A DNA stretch of 64,000 nt from Phoronis australis (lineage: Eukaryota; Animalia; Phoronida). The notes under the pieces are model-generated. The model did no database searches. It was not told the DNA's origin and saw nothing but the letters and a program-made list of their open reading frames with translations. Shown one piece after another: positions 12,749 through 24,158 of this stretch. A program made the position numbers and the translations under genes. Every line of letters starts with the position of its first letter. Positions within the stretch are counted from its first letter, which is position 1. Location of the stretch: assembly GCA_002633005.1 (NCBI GenBank), contig NMRA01000086.1, forward strand, positions 408,817 to 472,816, written 5' to 3'.

Positions 12749-14675
12749 TTTCAGCTTGGTGGCTATGGTGGAGGGCTATCTCAGATTTTGACTCCCGAGT
12801 TGACTACGTCTGGCCGCCTTTGTCTCGGCACCTGCTGGATCTCAGCACTCTAGTGGTAGTCCCCGGAAATTGTTGTTTTCAAGGACATTTTATTTTATGT
12901 TTTTTATTTATTTCAACCTAATGGACATTATTTTGTTTCGTATCAGAGGTGCATTTTTGTTATTCATAAACCGTAAGCTGGCGTTCAACTGAACTTCTCT
13001 CCCGGTCAAAATTCAGAGATCCTATCGGCACAGGGAAAGGCACTGGATTACTGCCGGAACTCAAAGCCTTGGTCGAGCTGTTGTCACTAAAAATAAACTG
13101 TGGAATTACTTTTTGACGTGTACCTCTAGTATACATATGTTTGTAGAGTTAGAGAAAGAGCTCATTTTGAAGTTGTTCAAACATGATATTTAGATTTATG
13201 AAGCTTTAAAAGAATTTGATTTATTTTTGTAAATACCCTATTTTTGCAACTACAACAACAGACTTGTAATCTTTTGTAACCATACCACGACTTAGTGATC
13301 ATGCTACCTTCAAAATTAAATGAAAGCTACCTTTATGGAATGAAACTACAAAAAAATGCCAAGTTCATAGGAAGGTAGGCCTAATTTAAATGTCTTAATG
13401 GTGCAAACGGAGAATTCCATAGGCGGATTTAGGGGGGCTGCCCCCCCCCGCTTGGCTGCCGCAAGCAAAATGAAACAGCAAGAGCGTGAGGAAATACTGA
13501 GTTCAGTAACTATGACTGGTAGCGGAAGAGGGGGGGGGGGCTCAGACCCCAGATACGTGCTATGCATTTTTGAAATGTGCATGACGAGAGGATTCAGAAA
13601 ATACTGATACCATGGGTGTACATTAATGGAGTCGGATTGTAAACAATAACCCCCCCTTCCCCCTGGGTGGGCGCATGATAACACAATTTTCAAGTCTTTA
13701 CACTGTTCTTCGATCTCTATCTCAACCCCCGTTACCAACGAAGACCGCAGACGATGGGATGCACAGTTGGCGCGTTTCATAGTCCGACCTTGCCCGATTA
13801 TTGCCGAACAATTCCGACTTTCGTCTGTTTACTTCCCGTTTTAATTTAAGAGCGTGCTTCATGCGAAACAACAAGTAGGACCTCGGCTGGCTGGACAAGG
13901 GCTCAACACTCCCCATTGGTAGTCTCTGTTTACTTCATCCCGTGCTGTTAAACGGGCGGTAGGCCAAATCCGGCCACCGAATAATAGGCTTTCACTTCGT
14001 CATTTAACAATTAAAACTGTCACTTAAAAATGTGCTTACTTTTAGTCGGCGATTCTTTATGACGTCTACACTATCTTCGATGAAGCATTTCTACATGAAC
14101 TGAAATGACTTTGGCGAAGAATTCCAACACCACTTTCTTGGTCGACGTTAACTTTTTTACCGCGCGCAATGAGCCACTAAGTGATCTCACTAAGTCACTT
14201 GGGCAAGCACGAGACTAATTGAACCGCGTGACCGCCTACGCGACACACGTACCGTGCAATTTGTGTCCCTCGGACTTTTAGTTCGTCAACAGCCGTGATT
14301 ACACTTGACATCTTCACAATGCCACCCGGTGACGGAAGCCTCGAGTAAAACCCGACAGATTTCTTTGGGTATTTACTCAACTTTTGTTTCCAGATTCATA
14401 CGCCTACTGTGTTAATTGTAAGTCAATGTCTATATAATACATGTTTCATTCAACGTTATTCAATGTATTTTGAAATGACTAACTTTTTGTGGGCATATAG
14501 GCTATATAGGCAATACCATACCCCCACTCTTTCAGTGAGCGTTTATAATGTTTTTCTCATTGGTGCTACCAAGGAGTGTAGTACAATAGGGAAGTTCACT
14601 TGTGAGTTCGCTGTTATCGCTACTACTAGCGCCGCCAAGTGGTGAATAATCAATAGTCAATGAAGCGCGAGAACA

Positions 14676-14773
14676 ATGGAGAAGGGGGCATTTTGCAGTG
14701 CGATAAATTGCACTAATTCACCCATGAAAACCCCATACGTGCCATTTTTTACGTTTCCGATGGATCCAGAAAG
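14676..14773 (+). pseudogene. THAP domain N-terminal exon (transposon-derived)
   Basis: MEKGAFCSAINCTNSPMKTPYVPFFTFPMDPER: classic C-x4-C-xN...FFxFPxDxxR; ends at AG|gc where a phase-2 donor is expected; no second exon found. Confidence 0.7.
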
Positions 14774-15558
14774 GCTACGATTATTTGTAATTTAATAATA
14801 CGATACAGTCTTTCATTTTGTGTGTTCTGTTCGTGGTTGAAAGACAAGTCGATGGCAGTCCTGGTGCCGCTGTCGTCTACAATGTAGGCTACTGCACAGG
14901 CTAAGCTTTGCCTTCTGCAGATACTTTGTTGCCTATGTACGTTTACTAACTTTATATGTGAGGGAGCATCAGAATGGAATAGTGTTGTGGTGGTGATGAA
15001 TTGTCTTGGTTTGTTCTTGTGTTACACATACTGCACAAGCCAATTGTCTGCACTGGTAGCAGCCTGGCGTATTTAGTAGAGAACACACACAAAATTGTTG
15101 GAGGACATGAAACGAGCAGTGAGCTGGGAGCACTTTGTAATGATAAGTTAGAAAACACTCAGGTTGGTGCTGGGGCATAATGGCCACCAGTCATTACAAG
15201 CAAAACTCCTTGGGGTCACTTCCTCACCACATGTTGTCAATGGTCAAGGGAACAACCAAAATTTGTGGCATACCCCAGTGGTTTTTATCTGTTTAGCACT
15301 CCTCCCATGTACCCCCCTGGGAGGGGGCACATACATGACCATTTGGCACCCACCTAGTATCCCATTCCTGGCAACTGGCAGCAACTCCCACCTGAACCCC
15401 CAAGGAGCAATCACTGACTAAAATTATGTAGTCCATGGAGGTATGAAATGTTATAGGGAATGGTAGTTTGCCTTATTGAGAACTGAAACATGAAACAAAA
15501 CCATGATAGCTTTTGAAGGGAGCTTCAAGAGAAAGCAAATACATTTCAATATTGATTA

Positions 15559-15870
15559 CAGTGGCGGATTTAGGGGGGGAGGCAAGGGGGCCATGGTCCC
15601 CCCCTAAAATTTTACCATATACCATTTGGGAGTTCGGGTGCACGCAAGCAGGGGCTCATCGGGGGTGAATAAACAACGTATAGGCCCTGAACAAACTCAA
15701 CAAACCCCGTTTACCGTTTTTTTTATTTTTTATTTTTTATAGTCAACAGGTCTGCATTCGAGGCCTCTGCGTCCCCACAATTTAGGCTGAGTGTGCGCAT
15801 CTGCTAAAATTCTGGTTATTCCCATGCCCTGGCCCCCTTCACCTAACTCAAAATCCTGGATCTGCCCCTG
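15559..15870 (+). mobile_element. MITE with 5-bp TSD (GATTA)
   Basis: Termini cagtggcggattt...ggatctgcccctg; GATTA on both flanks (15554-15558, 15871-15875). Confidence 0.85.
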
Positions 15871-18800
15871 GATTAAAACACTCATTTTCATTCGATTATA
15901 AGTGGATGTTAGTTTACGTATTTTACCCATTTTCAATCACAAAGTAATTTTATTGGAAGTTTAACGCCATTAAAGTATGAATTTATCAGTGTTTACATGG
16001 CTTGGACTGTGCCGCTAAATTAGTGTTGCTTATTCGCCGCTTGGGGCACTAGTTTTTCGACCGATAACCATTGTGGCGAATGGCAAGATGTCGGAGTGAG
16101 CTCTCCTATTCTATGTACACTCCATGGTACTACGAAAGGTAGCACTCTGGAATGTTGATTATCATGGTTTCTCATTGGTTAAGGTAATGAAACCGACGTC
16201 ATAACATTCAGACATTCCCAACAGTTGAAATCTGGGAAACCCTTTTCAGTTTACTGTTACGTTGTATGGCAACCACCTTTGACCTGAATAGTTGCAATTT
16301 ATTAAAACGGGCAGTAATCCAACTAAACAAAACCGAGGGAACCCCGATCCCGTAGCTAAGCCCAAACAGGTACAGTGCATAGAAGGTGTGTGCCAGAGTT
16401 GGCGACCAAGCAAGCACATTGATGCTTACACACGGAATTCTGTGCGTCGTTCATCATGTTTCCACAAGGCCACATTTCAGTATAGGTGGCGCTGTGTTAG
16501 AGAATACCGGCATACTAGAGTGCCACCGACTATATACTTACTGCTGATTAAAAACAATGACACTGTCTTGTGGCGTACACTACTACACGACAATGTTACG
16601 TGCCAACTGCTGAAGGTGGCAAATGCACTGATTGTTAACAAAAGGTATTGAAACTAGGAAAAATGTTATTAATTTAAAGTTTGGAAGTCACCAAAAATTT
16701 TGAAACTAAATACTCTCAGTGGCACACTTCGTGGTGACTTGGGATTTTTCACAGCTTACCAAACACAATCCGAAGTCGCACTGGCGAGAGGTCTGCAGGT
16801 TGCCAAATCGACAATTGCAAGACAAATGAAGCAATACAATATACACATCGCCTTCAACACCACCAACAATGCACAAGACAATCTAGAAGACCATGACATC
16901 ACTGCCACTGCTGCACTGACACAACGATCGTGAAAAGAAACAAATCAGTATCAGACCTAAGTCATCAGCAAATCTTGATTAACTAGATAACAGTAAGTTG
17001 GAGCAAGACAGTCCGTGATAATACACAAACTGTTGCAGTGCTGGGCCAGATCTACTCACATACCAAATTTCAAACAGATCCATCAAAGGACGCAGGAGCT
17101 ATATAACACAAGAAAATGATAAATAAATGGACACTCACTGGAAATCACAAGTAACTCGAGAACGAATACGTTGCATTTTGCCCTGTTAAGCCGGCTATAA
17201 AACAAAATCAAATTGTGCATTTTACTCTGACTCATGAACTTGGTCTCATATTACTCTTTATTTGATAGGATTCCATTTCCTGTACCAACTCAAGTCACAG
17301 GCAATGCATACATGCACCACTTTCAAATTTACAATTTTAGGAATGGCCATCCTCAGTAAATGCGAAATGTTTTTCCCAAGTCACAGGTCATTTTGATGTT
17401 CCTGTAGACTACAGGAATGGAATCCAATCAGCAAAAAATGTTATGAGAATGATTTCATGAGAGTAAAAGACACAATTCGATTTTCATTTTTAGCTAACTA
17501 AACATAGCAAAATGCAACATTAAATTGTACCAAGAAATGTATGACACATTCCTGATAGCAATAGCTAAGATATCTACCATTACATAAATACAGAAAAATC
17601 CCTCGAAGGTCCACACATTGCAAAAATTTGAAAAATGGCCGCTACAGCACCATCTTGAATTCTGACCAAAACATATGTCTTGAGCTTTTCATAAGTCGAC
17701 AATCTCCATTGGGTGTAATTAAATTTCATGTCAATCGAACAAAAAACACTAACTATAATGTGCGTACAAATAAAAAACAAAAAACTATATTGAACTTCAT
17801 TTCGCCAAGTAACAAAAAAATTCATGATGTAGCAAAACTCTAGGCAATGGTTCATTTTGCCAAGTAATAATGTGACCAGCATGCCACATGGGTACACTTG
17901 GCGCTATGACCGAGGACATCAGATGGTGAGTAGCAGCCTGTACATGCTGGATTCTGTCTGATGCCCCAGAGTAAATTTGCTTCGCGTCTAATACAAGGCA
18001 TTATATCTCGCCAAGACTAAATAGCATGACCTCACATTTTTGCAAATGTCTTTGTTCTATGTAATAAACACAGCCCAAGGGTGAGTTCAATATACCGGCA
18101 TGTAAGAAAATGACCAACAACCAAGATCAAGCAAAATCATGCGAGTCTGCTGTCACTTACAAGCATGCTTGGCAAAATTGTAGCCACTGAAATAATTGGC
18201 CGGTGAGGTTGGAATGCTAAATTATGGGATTGATTAACAGTTTGTTCCATAAAGAGAAATTTCTCGTTGCAAATGCCAAGTCAGTGAACTCGGAATGTAG
18301 AGCTCAAAATCTTAGCTTGATGATAATGATATTAGTATTTTTTGAATCCCTTTATGCCAATTTCAAAAATGTAACAAACATACTGAATTTCTCTTCTCAA
18401 CATTTCAAAAAAGTCATTTCTTATGGCACTATTTTATGGCCTGGCTTAGTTGGATGTTGCATACCATAAGAAAATAGTCTGGCCTCCAGGATTAGGCCCA
18501 TGCACTGTCCTACGACATTGGGCTTATTAAGTTGGGGCTACACTCCCCTTTATTTAAGGATAGGGTTAGGGTGAGACTTGGACCCAGGTTGGACGAGCGA
18601 TGGCTAAGCGTCTAAACCATTCAGCCAAGAGGCAATTGCCACCTAGTACCGTGACAAGTGTAAAAACTGAAGCACTTCTAAACTGGAAAAGGGTAAGGCA
18701 ACTGCGGTGAACTGGCGTTCATTGATCGCAGTCTTGGATCAGAAGTGCATTTCTCGAAAACTATCGTGAAAAGCGATGCACAACTGAGATAAATCGTTTT

Positions 18801-19978
18801 GCTCTTTAAAAAGGTCCATCACTAAGCTGTACAAACTGTTTGCGTGGCGGAAACAACAGTACACGTTATTAGAGCATACTTTTGTAACACAGCAACGATA
18901 TCACATTCTCCGTCAAACCTTCAGCCTGACGGCCATCTTGAATACGTAAGTATACGAAAATATCCGGAGCCATCCGCTGGGAAACGTAAACAAGAGCAAT
19001 CTTTGAACAAGAGGAGTGGTACCAAAGACAACTGAAAGATCACTATCTTTGCCAAAGAGTTTTCGACCGTGCTCCTTGATGGTGCCCAATCTTTCCAAAA
19101 ATATCAGGCTTTCACTTAACCGACGCCAGTGCGTCCTAGTAACTTGTGGACGTCAAGAGTGTGACAGCTTGTGTGGCTAAGCCGGAAAAATAGGCCCCCG
19201 GCTAATGATTAAAGGAAAAAACGTTAGGCAAAGAAAAATAAGTTGAATGAAGAGGTCTCCGTCGAACTTCAGTCTGTGCGGTAGTGTGATAAATATACTG
19301 TATATTTCATTATACGAGCTTTCATTCACTATTATCTGGGAGTGGGGACTGCTCGAGGAGTGACAGAGTCACGGTGCGCCGATGTAGTAGAATTCGAGAC
19401 AGTAGCACCAAAGTCCAGTGCTGCTACGCCCACTTGAACTGCGGCTCGAGTTCGTGCATATTCGAAAAAAATCACCAACATCGTCTTGCAGATTTTCCAG
19501 ACCAATGATTCCGGGATTTTTATATTGATGTAAGACGAGTACTGAGCTGGGACGCTAGCCAATGATGATATGTGTAAGATTCTCTTGTTTTTGAATGTAC
19601 AAGTAGATATAAATTCATATAAATTCCATGACCGGAGGGGATCTACTGATGTCATCTCGTTTTCCCCTACTATTTAGTATTTAGATCCTTTTTACTAAAG
19701 GACCACCACGGACCGGCAAAGGGGTTGACTGCCGGAGTCTTTGTCGATGGAACCAGTTGCTTCCGAGTACATTTCCCTCAGTGTTTTTGGACTGAAATAG
19801 GCCTGCTACTCGACTCAGGATGTCAAGGAAAGTGATCTAACGATGAGTGAAGAATTAGGAGACTCCGGCGATGATGAACTCTGAATCAACCGTCACTCTG
19901 GCTTTTACTGATATGATTTAGTATTTCATCATATAGAGTATTTGAGCAGTATGAATTTCATATTAAGGGACCCTATAC

Positions 19979-20141
19979 CAGTGGCGGATTTAGAGGGGAG
20001 CCAAGGGGGCCATGGCCCCCCTAAAGTTCTCACAGATTCCATTTGACAGTTAATTCTGGGGTGTGGATGTCTGACGGGTAAAATCCTGGCTAGTGCTGTT
20101 CCCTGTCCCGCCCCAACTCAAAATCCTGGATCCGCCCCCTG
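19979..20141 (+). mobile_element. MITE with 5-bp TSD (TATAC)
   Basis: Termini cagtggcggattt...ggatccgccccctg; TATAC on both flanks; same family as 15559-15870. Confidence 0.85.
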
Positions 20142-21684
20142 TATACATCCGGCACGGTGAACTATTCGCAACGGCCGGGAAGTAGAAAAAATTAAATGTT
20201 CTCGAATACCACATTTGTACGAGGAAAACACTACAGCATGAAACAATGCAGCCAAAACAACCCAAAACGCGACACTGCATTAAAAAGAGTAAAATGGACA
20301 GGAATCGAACGATTGGAGACCATTGAGTATTTCGCAAATAAACAAAGATAATATTCTCGATGGTTTATGGAGATAAAAATATTGATACTTTTTCACAGAA
20401 GTCTTAAAATATGTTTTCCTTGGAGGATCGTTAATTGGAAAGTATTATTTATTAAGAGGAAGTTTTTCGTAGCAAAATTTGCAGGGTCAATGAGACTGTC
20501 ACATGGTTGGATTTGTGATCATTGTGTTCATGGGTGTACACGTATAACGCAATGGCGTCATCGCCACGCAGTTTGGTGACGCGTTCACATAAAATTTGAT
20601 TAATTTACGTGTTATTTCGATACAGGCGCATGGGCTTCAATGCAACTCCAATTTCATCTCTGTATTATATTGTTCTGGCTAGCAAAGTGCACACAAGATT
20701 GAACAAAACAAGATATGGAACATGCAATAAAAACATAGTAAAACTATTGAAAACATAGCACATATCAGAGCGAATAAGGAACTACATCAGATTTAATCAA
20801 CTATGATGGTATGAAAATTTTGTAAAAAATTCACTGGTAAAAAATAATTTGAACATTCACTTACATAGCAAAGCAAATTTACAGGAATAGTCTAGTTGAC
20901 TGATACGACTTTAAAGCACAGTAAAGCATTCCATTGTATTTTTCAATAAAACAGCAAAGTAGCATTTACTGTGCGCCTTTGGCATGTTGCTCAGTTGGGA
21001 GACCAAATTTTGGCGGTTTCACGGCATCTTCTTACAACACACAAGACAGATAGCACAACCAATCACAGTTCTTAGTCTTGTTTCTGAGAGATTAAAGAGA
21101 TAACAACATGATTATCTCTTCCTCATAGAACTGAACACGCAAAATTTGCTTTTACCACACCATACCCTTTAATATCATAATTACATAACCAACGGAATGT
21201 TCGTTGGGGGACTTATTTTGATATATGAAAAACACACAACACGCTTTTCACTAAACCCCATTTGCAGGGAAAAGCGTACCGTTGACTGCCACAACGTTGC
21301 TTAGTAATCAAAACAGCCGGGGTTTTAGGTGGCAAAGTAAACCTTCAGTCGGAAGTGGGGGTCACTGGGACTTGAACCAGAACCTTAATGTCAAAGACAG
21401 GTATACTATATGGCGGCACGACCCTAGGCGAGCGTTCCAAAGCGAGTTTGCATTTCAACTAACAGTCATAGGAAGCCAATGGGCTGAAACATACCGGGTA
21501 TTAATATTTGATTTCAAAGTTGTTGCGTCCTTGTTTTTCACCACTTTCGATTGGAGTTGAAGTTGGACAAGATTTAAAAAAAAGAAAAAGCGTCTGCTTT
21601 TAATTATCTTTTACTAAAATCATAGGCGGTCCATTGGGATAGTTCCACTTGTGTGGTGAAAGTGTCAAAAATCGTAACTTCACG

Positions 21685-21813
21685 AAACTGCACTTGTGCA
21701 TGCCATGGATGAGCCACTGTTATGTTATAAATGGACCGTCCAATGAAAACTGCACTTGTGTATGACATGGATGAGCCAATGTTATGTTATAAATGGACCG
21801 TCCGATGAAAACT
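21685..21813 (+). repeat. 62-bp tandem duplication
   Basis: aaactgcacttgtg(c/t)atg(c/a)catggatgagcca(c/a)tgttatgttataaatggaccgtcc at 21685 and 21747. Confidence 0.9.
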
Positions 21814-23858
21814 GTCTTGGAAACATCTGATCCCCCAATTGTAAGTTAATTATACCGTAATTTTACCTTGCTGAAAAAATGCACTAATTAAAAAAACGAA
21901 GACTGCAAATATCTGTAAGAACTGGACATCAAAATCCTCATTTCGGTTGAAATTATTCGCACTATTTGGATGGAATTTGCTTCATCCATAGTCCGTTATG
22001 TGGTATTTTTGCGTCTTTGGCTTGCCGGTACGAGGTCCTTCTGGAAACGTCATCGACGATCATGGTTGTGTACAATTGCCCAAATATTCGTAAACAATTA
22101 AGGCCTGTGTGTCCCCAGAATATTTACTAATCCAACAGCAATCGCGCACAAAGAACGCACACGCAAACACAAGACCACACAACAAGAGGTCAAAAGAAAC
22201 TATAACTTGATAACACTATTCTCAACGAATATTCCACTGTATCGATGTACACGTATATTCGAGATGTACATAATTTCATCGCCCTTTTAAGCGCTTAAAA
22301 GTTTAAATATCAAAATATTTAAAAAGCTAATTCTGAAATAAATATATGAACTAGCCTAAACATTATAGCCTAACAGGCGACGACAGAGCGCGAAACAAAG
22401 CGATGCTAAACGAACAATTTATGTGTTAATTGGTTACATCAAAACCGTAGACGAGTGGTACTAGGGGAAAGACAGTAGTCGCTGCAAAAGCTAGTTTAGA
22501 ACAAGTCAGCCATAGATAACTACTATACGTCACTGTAGCACTGACAATATATTTTTGTGACTAGCTGTCGAAAAACCATCGTTATGAAAACAACGTTCAA
22601 GTCCCAGATAAACCGTCATGCAAACTATCAAGGTTTACCTGCACTTCCTGTATTGGTGTTTTGACAGATGCCAGAAAAAACAACAGAATTTAGTCAATTC
22701 GCTATTTGTGGTGTATACACTGAAAGATTAAGTCTGAAGGGACACATGTCACAACGCCAAAACATGTCATTTTCTTGTGTATTAAGTGTCATAGGAAGCG
22801 GGGACCGGGATGGGGCATTGTCTTGTTTTGGACATCCGTATCCGATAGTCCTATTAAAAATAATTTTGTCAATTCGCCCTTAACTTACAAACCAAGTTAC
22901 TGAACCACAAAAACCTTTCCATACCATGAAAGGAAATAATATCCATCCTCAAATTCTTCAGAGCAGTGGCAAGTAAAAACAGCCTCGAATTGTTACCAAT
23001 TACCCAGTAGGTTTGGCCAAGCCTGCCTAGAACTGGCTGCAGGTAATCTCTCAATTCACTTTGACAATAAAAACTAGTTGTTGAGAAAAGTTTGTTAGAG
23101 GGAATTAACAGTTACGTATTTCACGTTTTATGCACAGCTTGTAAGGAGGTAATGTTTCCTCTTTCTAACCATATCAATGACCCAGTCTAGGAACAGGATA
23201 CAAACTTCCAGAGGTCTCCATGAACAGTTTATTATGGAATAAGAATCAGTGTCTACATGATAAATTACTTCAGTCAACAAAAAACTTGATATTAATATAA
23301 TTTTTACTCAACAGCAACAGAATACGAGGAGGAGACTGATTGCATGAATCCCACTCCACCTCACTGTACAACTATACACATATCACAGTAACTAATAGCA
23401 ACACCTTTGGCCTCAAATCTTTGTTTGGCTAAATTCAAGCACCCTTAATAACACTGGGCAGCCCTGACTAACACAACGTGCCTTACATTCAAATGCTGAC
23501 GGTAACAAGACTCACAACTTATAATTCAACATGTATGTTAGCCACCTGTGACTATTACCAGTGCAGCATTGTTCATGCTATACAAAGAATTTAACAGTAA
23601 CAACTTGCAGAGACCCTGTAGTGTAGAATTCAGATGCTCATTTAGCTGACCAAAAATAAAAAGTATAACCCACTGACACTTTTATTTGCCTATCAACCCT
23701 AGTGACTACAACCCAGCCATCAGCAGAGATCTATGCCTCATACAACAAACAAATAACAACAATTTGATCTCAACCTCTAGCAACCAGTACCCCCTCCCCC
23801 CCAAGAGCACCATAAGTTTGTTTATGTTAAGAAGACACCCCTGAGCTCCATAACCCGA

Positions 23859-24158
23859 TTATAGTAACCTGCCCAGCACCAGGACTTCATTTGAGGGTGA
23901 GTCCACAGCCGGCACATCCAGGAAGCCGAGCCGGGAGTAGAAGTCCACCATATACTTGTCTCCTATCTGAATCTCGGCATGGATGCCATGTGTACCGCTA
24001 GCTTTGAGCGCTGAGAACAGACAGGTTAACAGCCGCTTTGGCACCGCAGGGTCGTCGACACGGGCGGTGATGATGTTCATACGAAGCACGGACGGGAACT
24101 GTTTGTAGAGTGCCTCGGGAACAGTGCACTCCATAGAGTGGAAACTCGCCATCGCCTC
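23859..24158 (-). CDS. OGA: OGA last coding exon 13 (pseudo-HAT C-terminus, FYSRLGF...LGRLL*)
   Basis: Within ORF 23859-24227; ctacag acceptor, TAA stop. Minus-strand AATAAA candidates at 23681 and 23228. Confidence 0.93.
   Translation of the reverse strand, partial: EAMASFHSMECTVPEALYKQFPSVLRMNIITARVDDPAVPKRLLTCLFSALKASGTHGIHAEIQIGDKYMVDFYSRLGFLDVPAVDSPSNEVLVLGRLL

Larger units (their letters stand above)
11296..13554. repeat. Long inverted repeat (foldback), arms ~1.07-1.12 kb with a 69-bp spacer
   Basis: 11296-12361 is the reverse complement of 12431-13554, with scattered substitutions and indels (for example ...cagacgaaggt / accttcgtctg... at the inner edge). Confidence 0.95.

Noticed and set aside
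18913-19145. Possible GIY-YIG C-terminal remnant (RRLSESLIFLERLGTIKEHG) on the minus strand
   Set aside because: Too short and degenerate to support without an HMM search.
23859-24158. Active acetyltransferase domain in OGA
   Set aside because: The GNAT acetyl-CoA motif (Q/R-x-x-G-x-G/A) is replaced by VDDPAVPK, as in the metazoan pseudo-HAT; not novel.
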